DNA of 64,000 bases from an uncultured Gammaproteobacteria bacterium (GCA_963804465.1 CAWDQL010000011.1:3884-67883), one strand, 5' to 3'. Shown: positions 19,816 through 30,162, numbered from the stretch's first letter. Numbers and translations: made by a program. The notes: a model not told the origin generated them from the letters alone.

Positions 19816-21030
19816 ATGCAGTTGAATCGCGCCACCCGCAACGCGGTGGCTTCCTTCTCCCTCGGGGTAGTCGGCGCTCTGACTCTCGTCGCCTGCGGAG
19901 GCGGCGGCGGGGGCTCTGCCAGCAGCACCAGCAATAGTCAGCCGAGTGCGCAAGCGAGCAGCGGATTTGCCGACACCGCATTGGTGTCGGACAAGGTCGG
20001 GGTTGTCGCTACCACCACTACGATTGACGCCAACTTGTCCAATCCCTGGGGTGTGGCGATCGGCCCGGGCCTGCCTTTCTGGATCGCCGACAACAACAGT
20101 AATCTCTCGACCCTTTACAGCGGCATGGGCGAGAACGAGACCGGCAGCGTCACCGGCTCGAACGAGGTCGGAATCGCCATTGCGGACTCTGCAGCCGGCG
20201 TGCCCGCCAACCCCACCGGCCAGGTCTACAACGGCAACGGAGGCTTCCTCATTGCTACGAGTGCGGGCCAGGAGTCAGCGCTGTTCATCTTTGACGGAGA
20301 GGGCGGCACCATCGCAGCCTGGGCAACCGACAGCGGCGCGACCGCAGTCACGGCGTACGACGACGGCGTGGCGAACGGTGCCAATCACGCCGTGTACAAG
20401 GGGTTAGCACTGGGCAGTGTCGGCGGTTCATCGTTCCTCTACGCGACTGACCTGCATAACAACAAGGTCGACGTGTTCGATACTAACTTCGCCAAGCCGG
20501 CCGATATGCAGGGGAAATTCATTGACCCTGAGGTCCCCGCAGGCTTTGTGCCCTTCGGCATAGTGGCTCTGAATGGCCAGTTATTCGTCAGCTTCACGAT
20601 GCAGGACGCAGCGAAGCACGACGAAACGACAGGCGCGGGTCTGGGTTACGTTGACGTATTCGACTTCAGTGGCAACTTCGTAAGCCGATTCGCATCGGCC
20701 GGTGCGCTCAATGCGCCTTGGGGAATGGCACTCGCGCCTGCGGGGTTCGGTTCGCTGGCAGGGGATCTGCTGATCGGCAACTTTGGCGACGGCAAGATAA
20801 CCATCTTCGCTCCCAACGGCACCGCATTGGCGACTTCCATGGGGGCGCTCACGGTCACTAACGGTGGAGCCATAGCCATCCCCGGCCTGTGGTCGCTGGT
20901 GTTTGGCAACGGTGACCCCGATAAGCCCCTGACGACGCTCTTCTACACCGCCGGCTTTGCGGATCAGACGGATGGAGTCTTCGGCAGCATCGCAGCGACG
21001 AGCGCTACTCCGCCGCCCAACCCGTATTGA
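19816..21030 (+). CDS. TIGR03118-like beta-propeller lipoprotein
   Basis: Lipobox LTLVAC followed by a Gly/Ser linker. NPWGVAIGPGLPFWIADNNSNLSTLY and repeated propeller-like blades. The family assignment is from memory of TIGR03118. Confidence 0.6.
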   Translation: MQLNRATRNAVASFSLGVVGALTLVACGGGGGGSASSTSNSQPSAQASSGFADTALVSDKVGVVATTTTIDANLSNPWGVAIGPGLPFWIADNNSNLSTLYSGMGENETGSVTGSNEVGIAIADSAAGVPANPTGQVYNGNGGFLIATSAGQESALFIFDGEGGTIAAWATDSGATAVTAYDDGVANGANHAVYKGLALGSVGGSSFLYATDLHNNKVDVFDTNFAKPADMQGKFIDPEVPAGFVPFGIVALNGQLFVSFTMQDAAKHDETTGAGLGYVDVFDFSGNFVSRFASAGALNAPWGMALAPAGFGSLAGDLLIGNFGDGKITIFAPNGTALATSMGALTVTNGGAIAIPGLWSLVFGNGDPDKPLTTLFYTAGFADQTDGVFGSIAATSATPPPNPY

Positions 21031-21290
21031 GCGATCAGGGGAACCCGGGACCCGACATAAGGCCATTATTCGTGTAGGTGGGGTCGGTATCGGGCAAGTC
21101 GGTGAGTTCTGAGTGTGTGCCGCGTGGGCTCGTGCCGGGTGCGAGCCCACGCCTCTTAGAACCACCGGCGAGATGGCTAACGACCAATCGCTCTAACGGG
21201 CCGGCGACCAGTTCGCTCAAAAAGCGTGCCCCTACTGAAGAAAAGCATGAGCCGGCGGTGTGCACGGAACTGCTGGAATTATAAGGTTAT

Positions 21291-21465
21291 TGGGCTCCCC
21301 GGGTTGCAGTCCGAGTGTCTCGCAAGCCATTGAGTGCACAGCAATCCCGTCCGATCCGTCGAGACGACTACCCCTGCCGTTATCCCGGCAAACGTGGGCT
21401 GCGAGGATCGGGCGTGATCGCTGGCGTGAACTGCTGAGCAAGCTACGCCAGTTGACTTGGTTCTA
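21291..21465. repeat. Copy B of the tRNA-Asn-3'-end-complementary intergenic repeat family
   Basis: TGGGCTCCCCGGGTTGCagtcCGAGtgtCTCGCAAG...GACTACCCC...AAACGTGGGCTGCGAGGATCgggcgtGATC. Preceded by tgcacggaac/tgctggaatt and TATAAG. Confidence 0.6.
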
Positions 21466-22983
21466 AGGAGGAGGGGATTGGAGACTCCGATTCGCAGGCA
21501 GACCGCCCATGCGCGCATCCGACCGATTCCACCAGCCACCCCCCAGTGCTTGAAATAGTGCAACCGTATCAGCGTAACGATTGACCTGCGCCTGCACTTG
21601 GGCGCTGACGGCGGTTTGATAGGTCTGTTCGGCGCTCAGTAGCTGAAGATAGCTAGCGTAGCCGGCGCGCTGCTGAGCACGCACGACATCCAGTGTCACC
21701 TTGGCCGCTTCTGTGCTCGCCGCGGAGGCGCGCAGTGCGTCGGCGTCGTGCTCGAGAGCAGCCAGGGTATCGGCCACATTCTGAAACGCCGCGATCACGG
21801 CGCCGCGGTATTGTTCCTGCGCCTCGAGGTAGGCCGCGCGTGCGGCGCGCTCCCTGTGCATCAGCGCGCCGCCCTGAAAGATCGGCTGAGTGACCTGGGC
21901 ACCCAGGTCCCAGAAACCCGCATCGCCCGATGTGAGACTGCTCAGAGTCAACGCTGAGGCACCGAGGTCGCCCGTGATGGTGAAGCCGGGTAAGCGATTG
22001 GCGACGGCCACTCCGATCTGCGCGGAGGCGATGTGCAGGTTCTCTTCAGCCTGACGCACGTCCGGGCGCTGTTCGATGAGTCGGAAGGGCACGCTCAGCG
22101 GCAATTCCTGCGGAAGCTTCAGCTTTGACAGCTCGAACTGCTCGGGCAGTCCCTCGCTGGCCAGGGCGCCGGAGAGTGCTGCCAGCAGGTCGCGCTGCTG
22201 CGCGAGCTGCTTAAGCAGCGGGGGCAGCGTGGCGCTCGCCTGAGCAACCTGGGCTTCCTGTGCGGCCACATCGAGCCGGCTGGCGTATCCGCTCGCCTCC
22301 TGCCGGCGCAGTACCTCCAGGCTTTTCTCGTCTGAGGCGATGAGCTCGCGAGTCGTCCTGACCTGCTCGCGAACGCCGGCCTCCTGGATGGCCGCGACCA
22401 CGACGTTGGCGGTTAAAGCGAGATATGTGGCGGTGAACTCGAAGCGCGTCTGCTGTTCCGCGGCGGCCATTGACTCAACCAGCCGCCGGTTCAATCCGAA
22501 CACGTCGGGTACAAACGACACGCTGACCTCAGGCGTGAAGAGATTGAAGAGCAGAGCGCCGGAGCTGGGCGTCGGGGAAAGCTCGGCCGAGGTCTTGGTG
22601 CGGCTCGCGGCGAAACCTGCGGAAACGGTTGGGTAATACGCGCCTCGTTGCGCGAGCATGTTCTCGTGCGCAACGGTGAGCGCCGCTTCGGCGGCCTTTA
22701 GGTCCGGATTGGCTTTCAGCGCGCGCTCGACCAGGGCGTTCAACGCGGGCGACTCGAATAGCTCCCACCATTCGCCAGGAATGTCCTGCCCGTCGAGGAA
22801 GCGCTGCGCCTCGCCCCCTGCCAGGTTTGCAGCGGACGCGGTCGGGGCCAGGGGAGCCTGAGTGTAGCGGGTGACATCGGGCGCGGCGGGGCGCACGAAA
22901 TTCGGCCCCACCGTACACCCAGCCAACAGCAGTGTGAGCGCCGGTACTGCGCAGCGTTTGGCAGAGGCGTTGCGGACGATCAT
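21463..22983 (-). CDS. RND efflux outer-membrane factor lipoprotein (NodT family)
   Basis: 506 aa with lipobox LLLAGC, then TVGPNFVRP and a two-repeat OEP architecture. 4-nt overlap with the RND pump gene. Confidence 0.9.
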   Translation of the reverse strand: MIVRNASAKRCAVPALTLLLAGCTVGPNFVRPAAPDVTRYTQAPLAPTASAANLAGGEAQRFLDGQDIPGEWWELFESPALNALVERALKANPDLKAAEAALTVAHENMLAQRGAYYPTVSAGFAASRTKTSAELSPTPSSGALLFNLFTPEVSVSFVPDVFGLNRRLVESMAAAEQQTRFEFTATYLALTANVVVAAIQEAGVREQVRTTRELIASDEKSLEVLRRQEASGYASRLDVAAQEAQVAQASATLPPLLKQLAQQRDLLAALSGALASEGLPEQFELSKLKLPQELPLSVPFRLIEQRPDVRQAEENLHIASAQIGVAVANRLPGFTITGDLGASALTLSSLTSGDAGFWDLGAQVTQPIFQGGALMHRERAARAAYLEAQEQYRGAVIAAFQNVADTLAALEHDADALRASAASTEAAKVTLDVVRAQQRAGYASYLQLLSAEQTYQTAVSAQVQAQVNRYADTVALFQALGGGWWNRSDARMGGLPANRSLQSPPP

Positions 22984-25900
22984 GTGTGCGCCTCCGGGAC
23001 CGCGAAGCTGTCTCGGCCGAGGAACGGCATGTAACAGGCCGGCACCACGACCAGAAGCAGTATCGAGCCGAGCAGCATGCCGCCAACCACTACGGCAGCC
23101 AAAGGACGTTGCACTTCGCTGCCGATGCCGGTCGAAAGCGCTGCCGGCAGCAGCCCGATGCCTGCTGACAGGCTCATCATCAGCAGGGGCCGCATGACGC
23201 GGGTCGCCGCCCTGAGCATCGCCTCATCGGCGGAATGCGTGAGGCGCCGCTGCTGCGTGAAGGTCGTAATCATCAGAATGCCGATCATGACGGCGACGCC
23301 GAACAGGGACACGAACCCAATGGCAGCGGAAATGCTGAAGCTGAGACCGAAGAGATAGAGCGCGAAAATGCCGCCCGCGATCACGAAGGGAATACCGAGC
23401 AGCGCCAGGAGGCACTCGCGCGCGGAGTTGAAGAGCGCGTACAGCAGGCCAAGGATCAGGACGAGACTCACCGGAATGACAATGGCCAGCCGTTCCTTGG
23501 CGGCCTGAAGCTGCCCGAACTCGCCGGCCCACACCAGGCGATACCCGCTTGGCAATTTCACATCACGTGCGATGCGCTCCTGCGCCTCGGCAACGGTGCT
23601 GCCCAGGTCACGCTCCCGGACACTGAACTTCACCGGTATGAAGCGCTGATTGCTCTCGTGATAAATCCACGCGGCGCCGGTGTCGACGTCAATGGCGGCC
23701 AGTTCCCTCAGGGGAATGTAAGCGTTGGTGCCTGCGCCTGTCGCAGCGGCAACCCGAATGTTGCCAATGCTCTGCACCGAATCACGGAAGTCCTTCGGGT
23801 AGCGGACGGCGATATCGAACTGCCGATCGCCCTCGAGCACCGTCGTGGCTGAGGCGCCTGCGGTCGCAGCCTGGATCACGGTGTTGACATCTCCCGTATT
23901 CAACCCGTACCGCGCGGCACGGCCGCGATCGACCTTGATGTCGAGATTCGGCTGTCCAAGCACCGGGAACACTCCGAGGTCCGTTATGCCCCGGATATGG
24001 CTCATTTCCTCCCGCACCCGCTCGGCGAGCTGCGTGAGAGTTTCGAGATTCGGGCCGATGATCTTGACGGAGTTGACCGCCTTCACCCCCGAGATGGCTT
24101 CCTCGATGTTGTCCTGAATGTACTGTGAGAAGTTGAAATTGACCCCTGGGAGCTCGCGCTGAAACATCGCATTGATCCTGTCGGTGAGCTGCTCCTTCGT
24201 GAGGCCCGCGGGCCATTGCTCCTGGGGCTTGAGCACCGCGAAGAGCTCGACGTTGGAGAAGGGCGAAGCGTCGCTACCGTCATCGGGGCGGCCGTGCTGG
24301 GAGAACACGGTTACCACCTCAGGGAAGCGCTTGAGGATGGCGCGCATCTTGCGCGTCGCAGCCTCGCCGTCCTCGAGCGACAGCGTCATGGGCATCGAGG
24401 CGCGGATCCAGTAGTTGCCTTCCTCGAGTGCGGGCAGGAATTCACTTCCGAGCCGGGGCACCAGCCAGGCCGCGGCGGCGAGCGCCACGAGGCCCGCGAC
24501 GATGAAGACAGAGCGGCGGGCGAGCACGAAGCGCAGCACGGGATCGTAGAGGCGGTGCAGCGCACGAACGATCAGCGTTTCGCTTTCGGCCACGTGTTCG
24601 GGGAGCAACAATGAGGCCAGCGTCGGGGTCACGGTGAAGGTGGCGATGAGGGCTCCCGCCAGCGCGTAACCGTAGGTACGCGCCATCGGCCCAAAGATGG
24701 CTCCTTCGACCCCCTGCATCGTGAACAGCGGAACGAACGCGGCCGCCACGATGAGTGCCGCAAAGAACACGGCACGATCGACCTGAACGGCGCTGACGAG
24801 GATCAGTCTCAGGCGATCGGTCCAACCGTGTACCGGAGTCGCATGATGCGGCGTAGTCGAGGGATCGGGACCCCACTCACCGCGTGCCAGGCGCTGCAGC
24901 AATCCCTGTCGCTCGGCCAGCGGCGCCTGGAAATTGCGAAAGACGTTCTCGACCAGGATGACGGCGGATTCGACGATGATCCCGAAGTCCACGGCTCCGA
25001 GGGAGAGGAGGTTGGCGCTCTCGCCTCTGGCCACCAGCGCGATGATCGCAAACAGCAGCGCAAAGGGAATGTTGACGCCCACGATGATGGCGCTGCGCAG
25101 GTCACCGAGAAAGATCCACTGGATCAGAAAAACCAGCAGGCAGCCGAACGCGAGGTTGTGCAGTACCGTGTGAGTAGTGACGTCCACCAGCGCACCGCGG
25201 TCGTAGATCGGGACCAGTCGCACGCCGGGCGGGAGACTGCCGTCGTGATTCATCGAATCGATCTCGGCCTTGACCTTCGGCAGCATGTCGGCGGTCTTTT
25301 CCGTGCGACTCATGACAACGATGCCAGCCACGGCGTCGTCTTCACTGTCGTGGCCCCAGATGCCGAGGCGCGGAACGAACCCTACCGACACCCGGGCAAC
25401 GTCCTTGATCTGCACCGGCACCCCGCCCGACTGGGTGAGCACGATGTCCTGAATGTCGTCGAGCCTTGAGCCCCGGGTCAGATCGTCGTTGCCGCCATCG
25501 TCGATAAGACCCACGCCGCGGATGTTGATCGACTGCTGGCCAACGCGGATCTCCCGACCGCCGACGTTGGCGTTCGCGTTGCCGAGCGCACCCAACACCT
25601 GCGCGACGCTCAGGTTGTAGCCTTCGAGCTTGTGGGGGTCGACTTCCACCTCGAATTGCTTGCTCGGTCCGCCCCAGCTGTTGACCTGAACGATGCCGGG
25701 GATGGTCAGCAAGCGACGGCGCACGATCCAGTCCTCAACGGTGCGCAGATTGGTCAGACCGAAATGCTTCGGCCCCACCACCTGGTAGCGGTAGATCTCG
25801 CCGGTGGTGCTGTTTTGCTGGATCTGAGGCGTTACGCCACCGGGCAGATTGACGTTCTGCTGCAGGGCGATCGCCGCCTGTGCATAAGCGAAGTGAAAGT

Positions 25901-26204
25901 CGACGCCGTACTTGAAGACCACGCGCACAAACGACAGTCCGTAGAAGGATGTCGAGCGAATGACGTCGATCCCCGGGGTCGTGTACAAGCCGATTTCCAT
26001 CGGTCGCGTGTAGTAGCGCTCCATCTCCTCGGCCGACAGCCCCGGAGCCTGGGCTGTGATCTCGAGGATGACGGGGGTCGGATTGGGATAGGCCTCGATG
26101 TTGAGCGCCTTGAACGCAACGAGTCCCGCGCCGGCGAACAGCAGCAGACCGAACACCACCATGGCACGGCGGCTCAGGCAGAAGGCGACGAGGGACTTGA
26201 ACAC
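22980..26204 (-). CDS. RND efflux permease, CusA/CzcA-like (heavy-metal efflux family)
   Basis: 1074 aa, 12-TM RND. The N-terminus MFKSLVAFCLSRR...LNIEAYPNPTPVILEITAQAPGLSAEEME resembles the CusA/CzcA family. Substrate is not determinable from sequence alone. Confidence 0.85.
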   Translation of the reverse strand: MFKSLVAFCLSRRAMVVFGLLLFAGAGLVAFKALNIEAYPNPTPVILEITAQAPGLSAEEMERYYTRPMEIGLYTTPGIDVIRSTSFYGLSFVRVVFKYGVDFHFAYAQAAIALQQNVNLPGGVTPQIQQNSTTGEIYRYQVVGPKHFGLTNLRTVEDWIVRRRLLTIPGIVQVNSWGGPSKQFEVEVDPHKLEGYNLSVAQVLGALGNANANVGGREIRVGQQSINIRGVGLIDDGGNDDLTRGSRLDDIQDIVLTQSGGVPVQIKDVARVSVGFVPRLGIWGHDSEDDAVAGIVVMSRTEKTADMLPKVKAEIDSMNHDGSLPPGVRLVPIYDRGALVDVTTHTVLHNLAFGCLLVFLIQWIFLGDLRSAIIVGVNIPFALLFAIIALVARGESANLLSLGAVDFGIIVESAVILVENVFRNFQAPLAERQGLLQRLARGEWGPDPSTTPHHATPVHGWTDRLRLILVSAVQVDRAVFFAALIVAAAFVPLFTMQGVEGAIFGPMARTYGYALAGALIATFTVTPTLASLLLPEHVAESETLIVRALHRLYDPVLRFVLARRSVFIVAGLVALAAAAWLVPRLGSEFLPALEEGNYWIRASMPMTLSLEDGEAATRKMRAILKRFPEVVTVFSQHGRPDDGSDASPFSNVELFAVLKPQEQWPAGLTKEQLTDRINAMFQRELPGVNFNFSQYIQDNIEEAISGVKAVNSVKIIGPNLETLTQLAERVREEMSHIRGITDLGVFPVLGQPNLDIKVDRGRAARYGLNTGDVNTVIQAATAGASATTVLEGDRQFDIAVRYPKDFRDSVQSIGNIRVAAATGAGTNAYIPLRELAAIDVDTGAAWIYHESNQRFIPVKFSVRERDLGSTVAEAQERIARDVKLPSGYRLVWAGEFGQLQAAKERLAIVIPVSLVLILGLLYALFNSARECLLALLGIPFVIAGGIFALYLFGLSFSISAAIGFVSLFGVAVMIGILMITTFTQQRRLTHSADEAMLRAATRVMRPLLMMSLSAGIGLLPAALSTGIGSEVQRPLAAVVVGGMLLGSILLLVVVPACYMPFLGRDSFAVPEAHT

Positions 26205-26235
26205 GGAGCGGGGCTGCGACTTGCTCAGGAAGCGG

Positions 26236-27225
26236 TCAGTCGCTCGGCGGGGCCTCGAGCAGATTGCTCAGGAAAACTCCGCCCTCGGTCACTGCGAGCT
26301 CGTTGGCCTTGAGTCCTGAAAGCACCTGATAGCGTCCGTCGCGCTGGAGGCCGAGCGTGAGAGAGCGCTCGGCGAAGTGGCGTTGATCGGTCGTGACCCA
26401 GGTGATCATCGAGCCATCGCCCTCGCGAACGACGGCGGTAGTGGGGACGGCGAGGCTCTTCACGGGCTCTGCGGTGCGGATAACGATAGTGGCGAGCATT
26501 CCGGGCCGAAGGTCGCCCTTCGGATCCTCCACTCGGGCGCGCGCGGTCAGGCGGTGCGTGTTTGGGTCAATCGTCGAGTAGACCCTCGCCACGCGGCCGA
26601 TGTACTCGCGATCGGAATAGGCGGGGACCTTCACGGTGACGCTCTGTCCGGTGCGTACCCGCGGGCTGTCGGTTTCGGGGACGTTGGCAATCACCCACGT
26701 GGTGTGAGCAGCTGTTCCGGGCGAATCGAACTGGCCGGTCGCAACCATGCGATCGATCTCGGCGTCCGTCTTGCCGAGCGCGCGCAGCGCATCACGGGCG
26801 GCTTTGACAGCGGCCGCCGCGGTCTGTTGTGCGGCGATGGCTCCCTCGAGTTCTTTAGGTGCGATGCCATTCGCCTCGCCCAAGGACTGCGCGCGCATTA
26901 GCTCCTTGCGGGTCATCTCGAGATTCGCTGCGGCGCTGATGAGGGTGGCCTCTGCCTGGATGACCGCAGGATCTTCATCGAAACTGACCGTGCCGACGGT
27001 CTCGGACTCGACGGCGAAGGAAAATGTACCCACAGGCTCGACCTTGAGGGCACTGCGCTGCTCGGGAGACAAGTCGAGCGCTTTGGCGGCGGGGGCCGCG
27101 GGGCCCGGCCCCGAAGTACCCGGATCAGCAGCGGACGGCCCAGGGCTGCGGCGACAGCCGAACGCGAGCAACGCAAGGCCGGTCGCTGCGCTGATCAGCA
27201 GAATGCGGCGGGCAGAATTCAGCAT
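26236..27225 (-). CDS. RND efflux periplasmic adaptor (membrane fusion protein)
   Basis: Start at the ATG at 27225 (MLNSARRILLISAATGLALLAFGC). Coiled-coil hairpin plus beta-barrel regions (GQSVTVKVPAY..., GMLATIVIRT). Confidence 0.85.
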   Translation of the reverse strand: MLNSARRILLISAATGLALLAFGCRRSPGPSAADPGTSGPGPAAPAAKALDLSPEQRSALKVEPVGTFSFAVESETVGTVSFDEDPAVIQAEATLISAAANLEMTRKELMRAQSLGEANGIAPKELEGAIAAQQTAAAAVKAARDALRALGKTDAEIDRMVATGQFDSPGTAAHTTWVIANVPETDSPRVRTGQSVTVKVPAYSDREYIGRVARVYSTIDPNTHRLTARARVEDPKGDLRPGMLATIVIRTAEPVKSLAVPTTAVVREGDGSMITWVTTDQRHFAERSLTLGLQRDGRYQVLSGLKANELAVTEGGVFLSNLLEAPPSD

Positions 27226-27375
27226 ATCGGTCGGCAATAGATAAGAGAGGGCATCGGGGATAGCGCCCCACGGAGACTGCAGACGGTCAGGGCCTGCCGG
27301 CAGTCTAGGGAGCCGGCGTGAGCAAGGGGGTGAAAAGAGCATTACCGATCGGTAATGCTCGCGGCGCGAAAGACT

Positions 27376-28746
27376 CTAGGCGCCGACCGCGGGCAGCACC
27401 AGGCGCGCGATCAAACCGGGCCCGGCGTCCTCGAGTTGGAGGCTCCCGCCGTGCAAGCGTGCGATCGCCCGCACACTCGCGAGGCCCAGCCCCCAACCGG
27501 GAACAGCGCGATCGAGCCGGTAGAAGCGGGTGCCGACGCGCGTGCGCTCCTCCTCGGGTATCCCGCGCCCATTGTCACGCACGGTAAGGGTTACCGAGGC
27601 GCCCTCGCGGCGGGTATCGACCTGGATCGCGCCGCCGCTGGGGGTGTATTTGATCGCGTTGTCGATCAAGTTCGCGATCGCGTTTGCGAGCAGGTCGCCA
27701 TCGCCCGTGACGCTAGGCTGGGAGTCCAGCGTGTGAGTGAGCGTCAGGCCCTTGGCCTCCGCCACCGCGTCGTAGAGATCGAGGGCGTTGACCGCGATCG
27801 CGTTCAGCGAGACTGTGGCGAAGGTCTGCCGGCGAGCACCCGATTCGACTTCGGCGATTCGCAGCAGCTTGTCGAATACGACGTTGAGGTCCTGGATCTC
27901 GGCAATCGCGAATCCAACCGCCTCCGGCAAGACGTCCGCGGGTTTGGCGGCGTTCTGAGCCGTATACAGACGCGCGAGAACTCGTGACAGTGGCGTGCGA
28001 ATGTTGTGGGCGATCGTATTGGAGACGTGCCGGACGCCTTCCATGAGAGCGTGGATCCGATCCAGCATCGCGTTGATGTCGCGGCTCAGGCGCGCGAATT
28101 CATCCTCTTGTGCCGAGATCGGCACCCGCTGCGCCAGGTCGCCGCGCTCGATCTGGGCAGCCGTTGCGCGGATGGTGCCGATACGACGTTCGAGCTGCCG
28201 CCGAAACAGCAACGCCCCGCCAACCGCCATCAGGAGTGTCACGGTCGCACCAGAAAAGATCGCATCGCGAATGATCTCCTTGAGCTCATGCTGGTCCTGC
28301 ATGTCTCGCCCGACGATGAGGATGCTGCCATCGTTGAGTGCCGTAACGCGCAGCCGGCTTCGGGAGGGCCTGCCGGCGCGCAGGACCTGGCGCTCGGAGA
28401 TGCTGTGCATCGGCGTGGTGATCTCCGGCGTGACCGCGAGATTACCCGCGACAACGTGGCGGTCCGGCGCGACCAGGGTGTAGACCTCGGTGTCGGAATC
28501 GATACCGTCCCCAAGGAGATTGTTGATGCGGCTGCCCAGGGCGGGGGAGCCGCCGCTCTTGTAGTAGTCCACGAGTCGTTGTGTCGTGATATCGATCTGG
28601 CCGTCGATGCGCCGCTGCCAGACGCCGACAGTCTGCGCGTAGAACACCACCAGCAGCACGGTCATCGTGAATACCACCAGCGCCCCGAAGATCAGCGCCT
28701 GGCGAAAGGCAATCGAGGACCACCAGCGCGCGAGCGCACCGCTCAT
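27376..28746 (-). CDS. Sensor histidine kinase (2 TM, HAMP, HisKA, HATPase_c)
   Basis: Start at the ATG at 28746 overlaps the regulator stop (ATGA). H-box HNIRTPLSRV, N box NLIDNAIKYT and G boxes DNGRGIP / GWGLGLA. Confidence 0.85.
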   Translation of the reverse strand: MSGALARWWSSIAFRQALIFGALVVFTMTVLLVVFYAQTVGVWQRRIDGQIDITTQRLVDYYKSGGSPALGSRINNLLGDGIDSDTEVYTLVAPDRHVVAGNLAVTPEITTPMHSISERQVLRAGRPSRSRLRVTALNDGSILIVGRDMQDQHELKEIIRDAIFSGATVTLLMAVGGALLFRRQLERRIGTIRATAAQIERGDLAQRVPISAQEDEFARLSRDINAMLDRIHALMEGVRHVSNTIAHNIRTPLSRVLARLYTAQNAAKPADVLPEAVGFAIAEIQDLNVVFDKLLRIAEVESGARRQTFATVSLNAIAVNALDLYDAVAEAKGLTLTHTLDSQPSVTGDGDLLANAIANLIDNAIKYTPSGGAIQVDTRREGASVTLTVRDNGRGIPEEERTRVGTRFYRLDRAVPGWGLGLASVRAIARLHGGSLQLEDAGPGLIARLVLPAVGA

Positions 28747-29447
28747 CCCTCTGCCTCTCGCGATGGCGCGGCAGACGAGAGCGTATAGCCGACGCCGCGC
28801 ACCGTGTGGATGAGCGGAACCGACGCATCCTTGTCGATCTTGCTTCTCAGGCGACTGATATGTACGTCGATTACGTTGGTCTGCGGATCGAAGCGATAGT
28901 CCCACACCGACTCCAGCAGCATGGTCCGAGTTACGACGCGTCCCTGGTGCAGGAGCAGGTAGGCGAGCAGGCGAAATTCCCGCGGTTGCAACGCGATGGG
29001 CCGCCCGGCTCGCTCCACGCTGCGGGCGATAAGATCCACCCGCATATCGGCTACGCGCATCTCCCGCATAGCCTCGTCCGGTTGTGAGCGCCGCAGGACG
29101 GCCTCGATACGCGCCGCAAGCTCGGAGAACGCGAACGGCTTGGTTAGATAGTCGTCGCATCCGTCCTTGAGGCCGCGGACCCGCTCATCGGTCGCAGCAA
29201 GTGCGCTCAGGACGACGACCGGGGTCTTGCGGCCTAATGAGCGCAGTGTCCTGAGTATCGACAGGCCGTCCACGTCGTTCGGCAGCATGCGGTCGAGGAT
29301 GATCAGGTCCCATGCGTCTTCCACCGCTCGGCCGATGGCGTCGACGCCATTTCGGCAGACGGCGACCCCCCAGCCGAGCTCGCGCAACCCGGTAGCAACG
29401 TATTGGGCGTTCTCCGTGTCGTCCTCGATGATGAGGCAACGCCGCAT
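28743..29447 (-). CDS. OmpR-family response regulator
   Basis: MRRCLIIEDD..., DLIILDRMLP, and a winged helix with REFRLLAYLL..., VHISRLRSKIDK and IHTVRGVGY. Confidence 0.9.
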   Translation of the reverse strand: MRRCLIIEDDTENAQYVATGLRELGWGVAVCRNGVDAIGRAVEDAWDLIILDRMLPNDVDGLSILRTLRSLGRKTPVVVLSALAATDERVRGLKDGCDDYLTKPFAFSELAARIEAVLRRSQPDEAMREMRVADMRVDLIARSVERAGRPIALQPREFRLLAYLLLHQGRVVTRTMLLESVWDYRFDPQTNVIDVHISRLRSKIDKDASVPLIHTVRGVGYTLSSAAPSREAEG

Positions 29448-29727
29448 GATTGGGTGCCGAACTCGTAAAGTGCCCATAGTATCGCGCAGGTCTGCGGCTC
29501 CCGAAGGCAAGCCCTCATTTTCAGAGCGGACCTTTCCAATCGGTAATCTTCAGGGCTTTCTTTGCGGCCACGCCAGCTGTGATCCGCCTTGCAAGTGCGC
29601 CCCATCGAGCGATGCGCGCGAGAGTCACCTTCACCCTATCAGCCACCGTGGCGGACTTCGGGTGTTCAGGGTATTAAGCTATCTACTACCTGAGATAGAC
29701 TCAGTAATATAATGATATATAATGAAT

Positions 29728-29772
29728 TTGCCCCCCGGGTTGGAGTCGAACCAACGACCAACGGATTAACAG
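29728..29772 (-). other. Isolated 3' half (anticodon loop to 3' end) of a tRNA-Asn(GUU) gene; att-like direct repeat
   Basis: Minus strand reads CTGTTAATCCGTTGGTCGTTGGTTCGACTCCAACCCGGGGGGCAA. It is 40/45 identical to the same part of the intact tRNA-Asn at 58453..58527, with a compensatory T-stem change (GTTGG/CCAAC vs GTAGG/CCTAC). No 5' half is present. Confidence 0.75.
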
Positions 29773-29890
29773 CCGGCCTCCGTGCTCTCTGGCACTCCTC
29801 GCCACACCTCTCCACACTTTGGCCGAGTTCGTACCCCTTGATTCCTGAGTCGTTAGGTATCGCGCAGCTTGCGGCCAGGTGTGTGCAGGA

Positions 29891-29996
29891 GTGTCGCGCG
29901 GACTAAGTCACTGCACTGAATTTGCACGGAATGGCCAACGGAGTTTCGCGGCTTTGGTGCATTTGGTCGGGCGATGGCTCCGTGCAATTCCGTGCA
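29891..29996. repeat. Iterated 10-nt TGCACnGAAT sites (2 direct + 2 inverted) within a 48-nt block repeated at 54662..54708
   Basis: tgcactgaat (29912-21) and tgcacggaat (29923-32) on the top strand. gctccgtgca (29977-86) and attccgtgca (29987-96) are their reverse complements. gtgtcgcgcggactaagtcactgcactgaatttgcacggaatggcca is about 80% identical to 54662..54708. Confidence 0.5.
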
Positions 29997-30162
29997 CTGC
30001 GACCCTCGGGGTGTAATTCCGTTGCTCGCCGGTTCGATTCCCGCGTGCATGCGTCCAATTGTTCCTTGTTGCCGAAGGCGGCATACATGCTTGGGCGACA
30101 AATTCCCATTGCCTTCTTGACGTCACTGAGCCGCCTCGCATCCGCAAACGGTTGGGAGCTGA

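Noticed and set aside
29908-29932. Sigma-54-like spacing TGCAC-N5-TTGCA (also at 54682..54698)
   Set aside because: The invariant GG of the -24 element is TG in both copies, and there is no downstream gene in the right orientation in either case.
29990-30055. tRNA-like T-arm (GCCGGTTCGATTCCCGC) with a possible 7-bp acceptor pairing CGTGCAC/GTGCATG
   Set aside because: The candidate is only about 62 nt. It has no D-arm, no sensible anticodon arm and no CCA or discriminator context. It is probably a chance match or a very decayed fragment.
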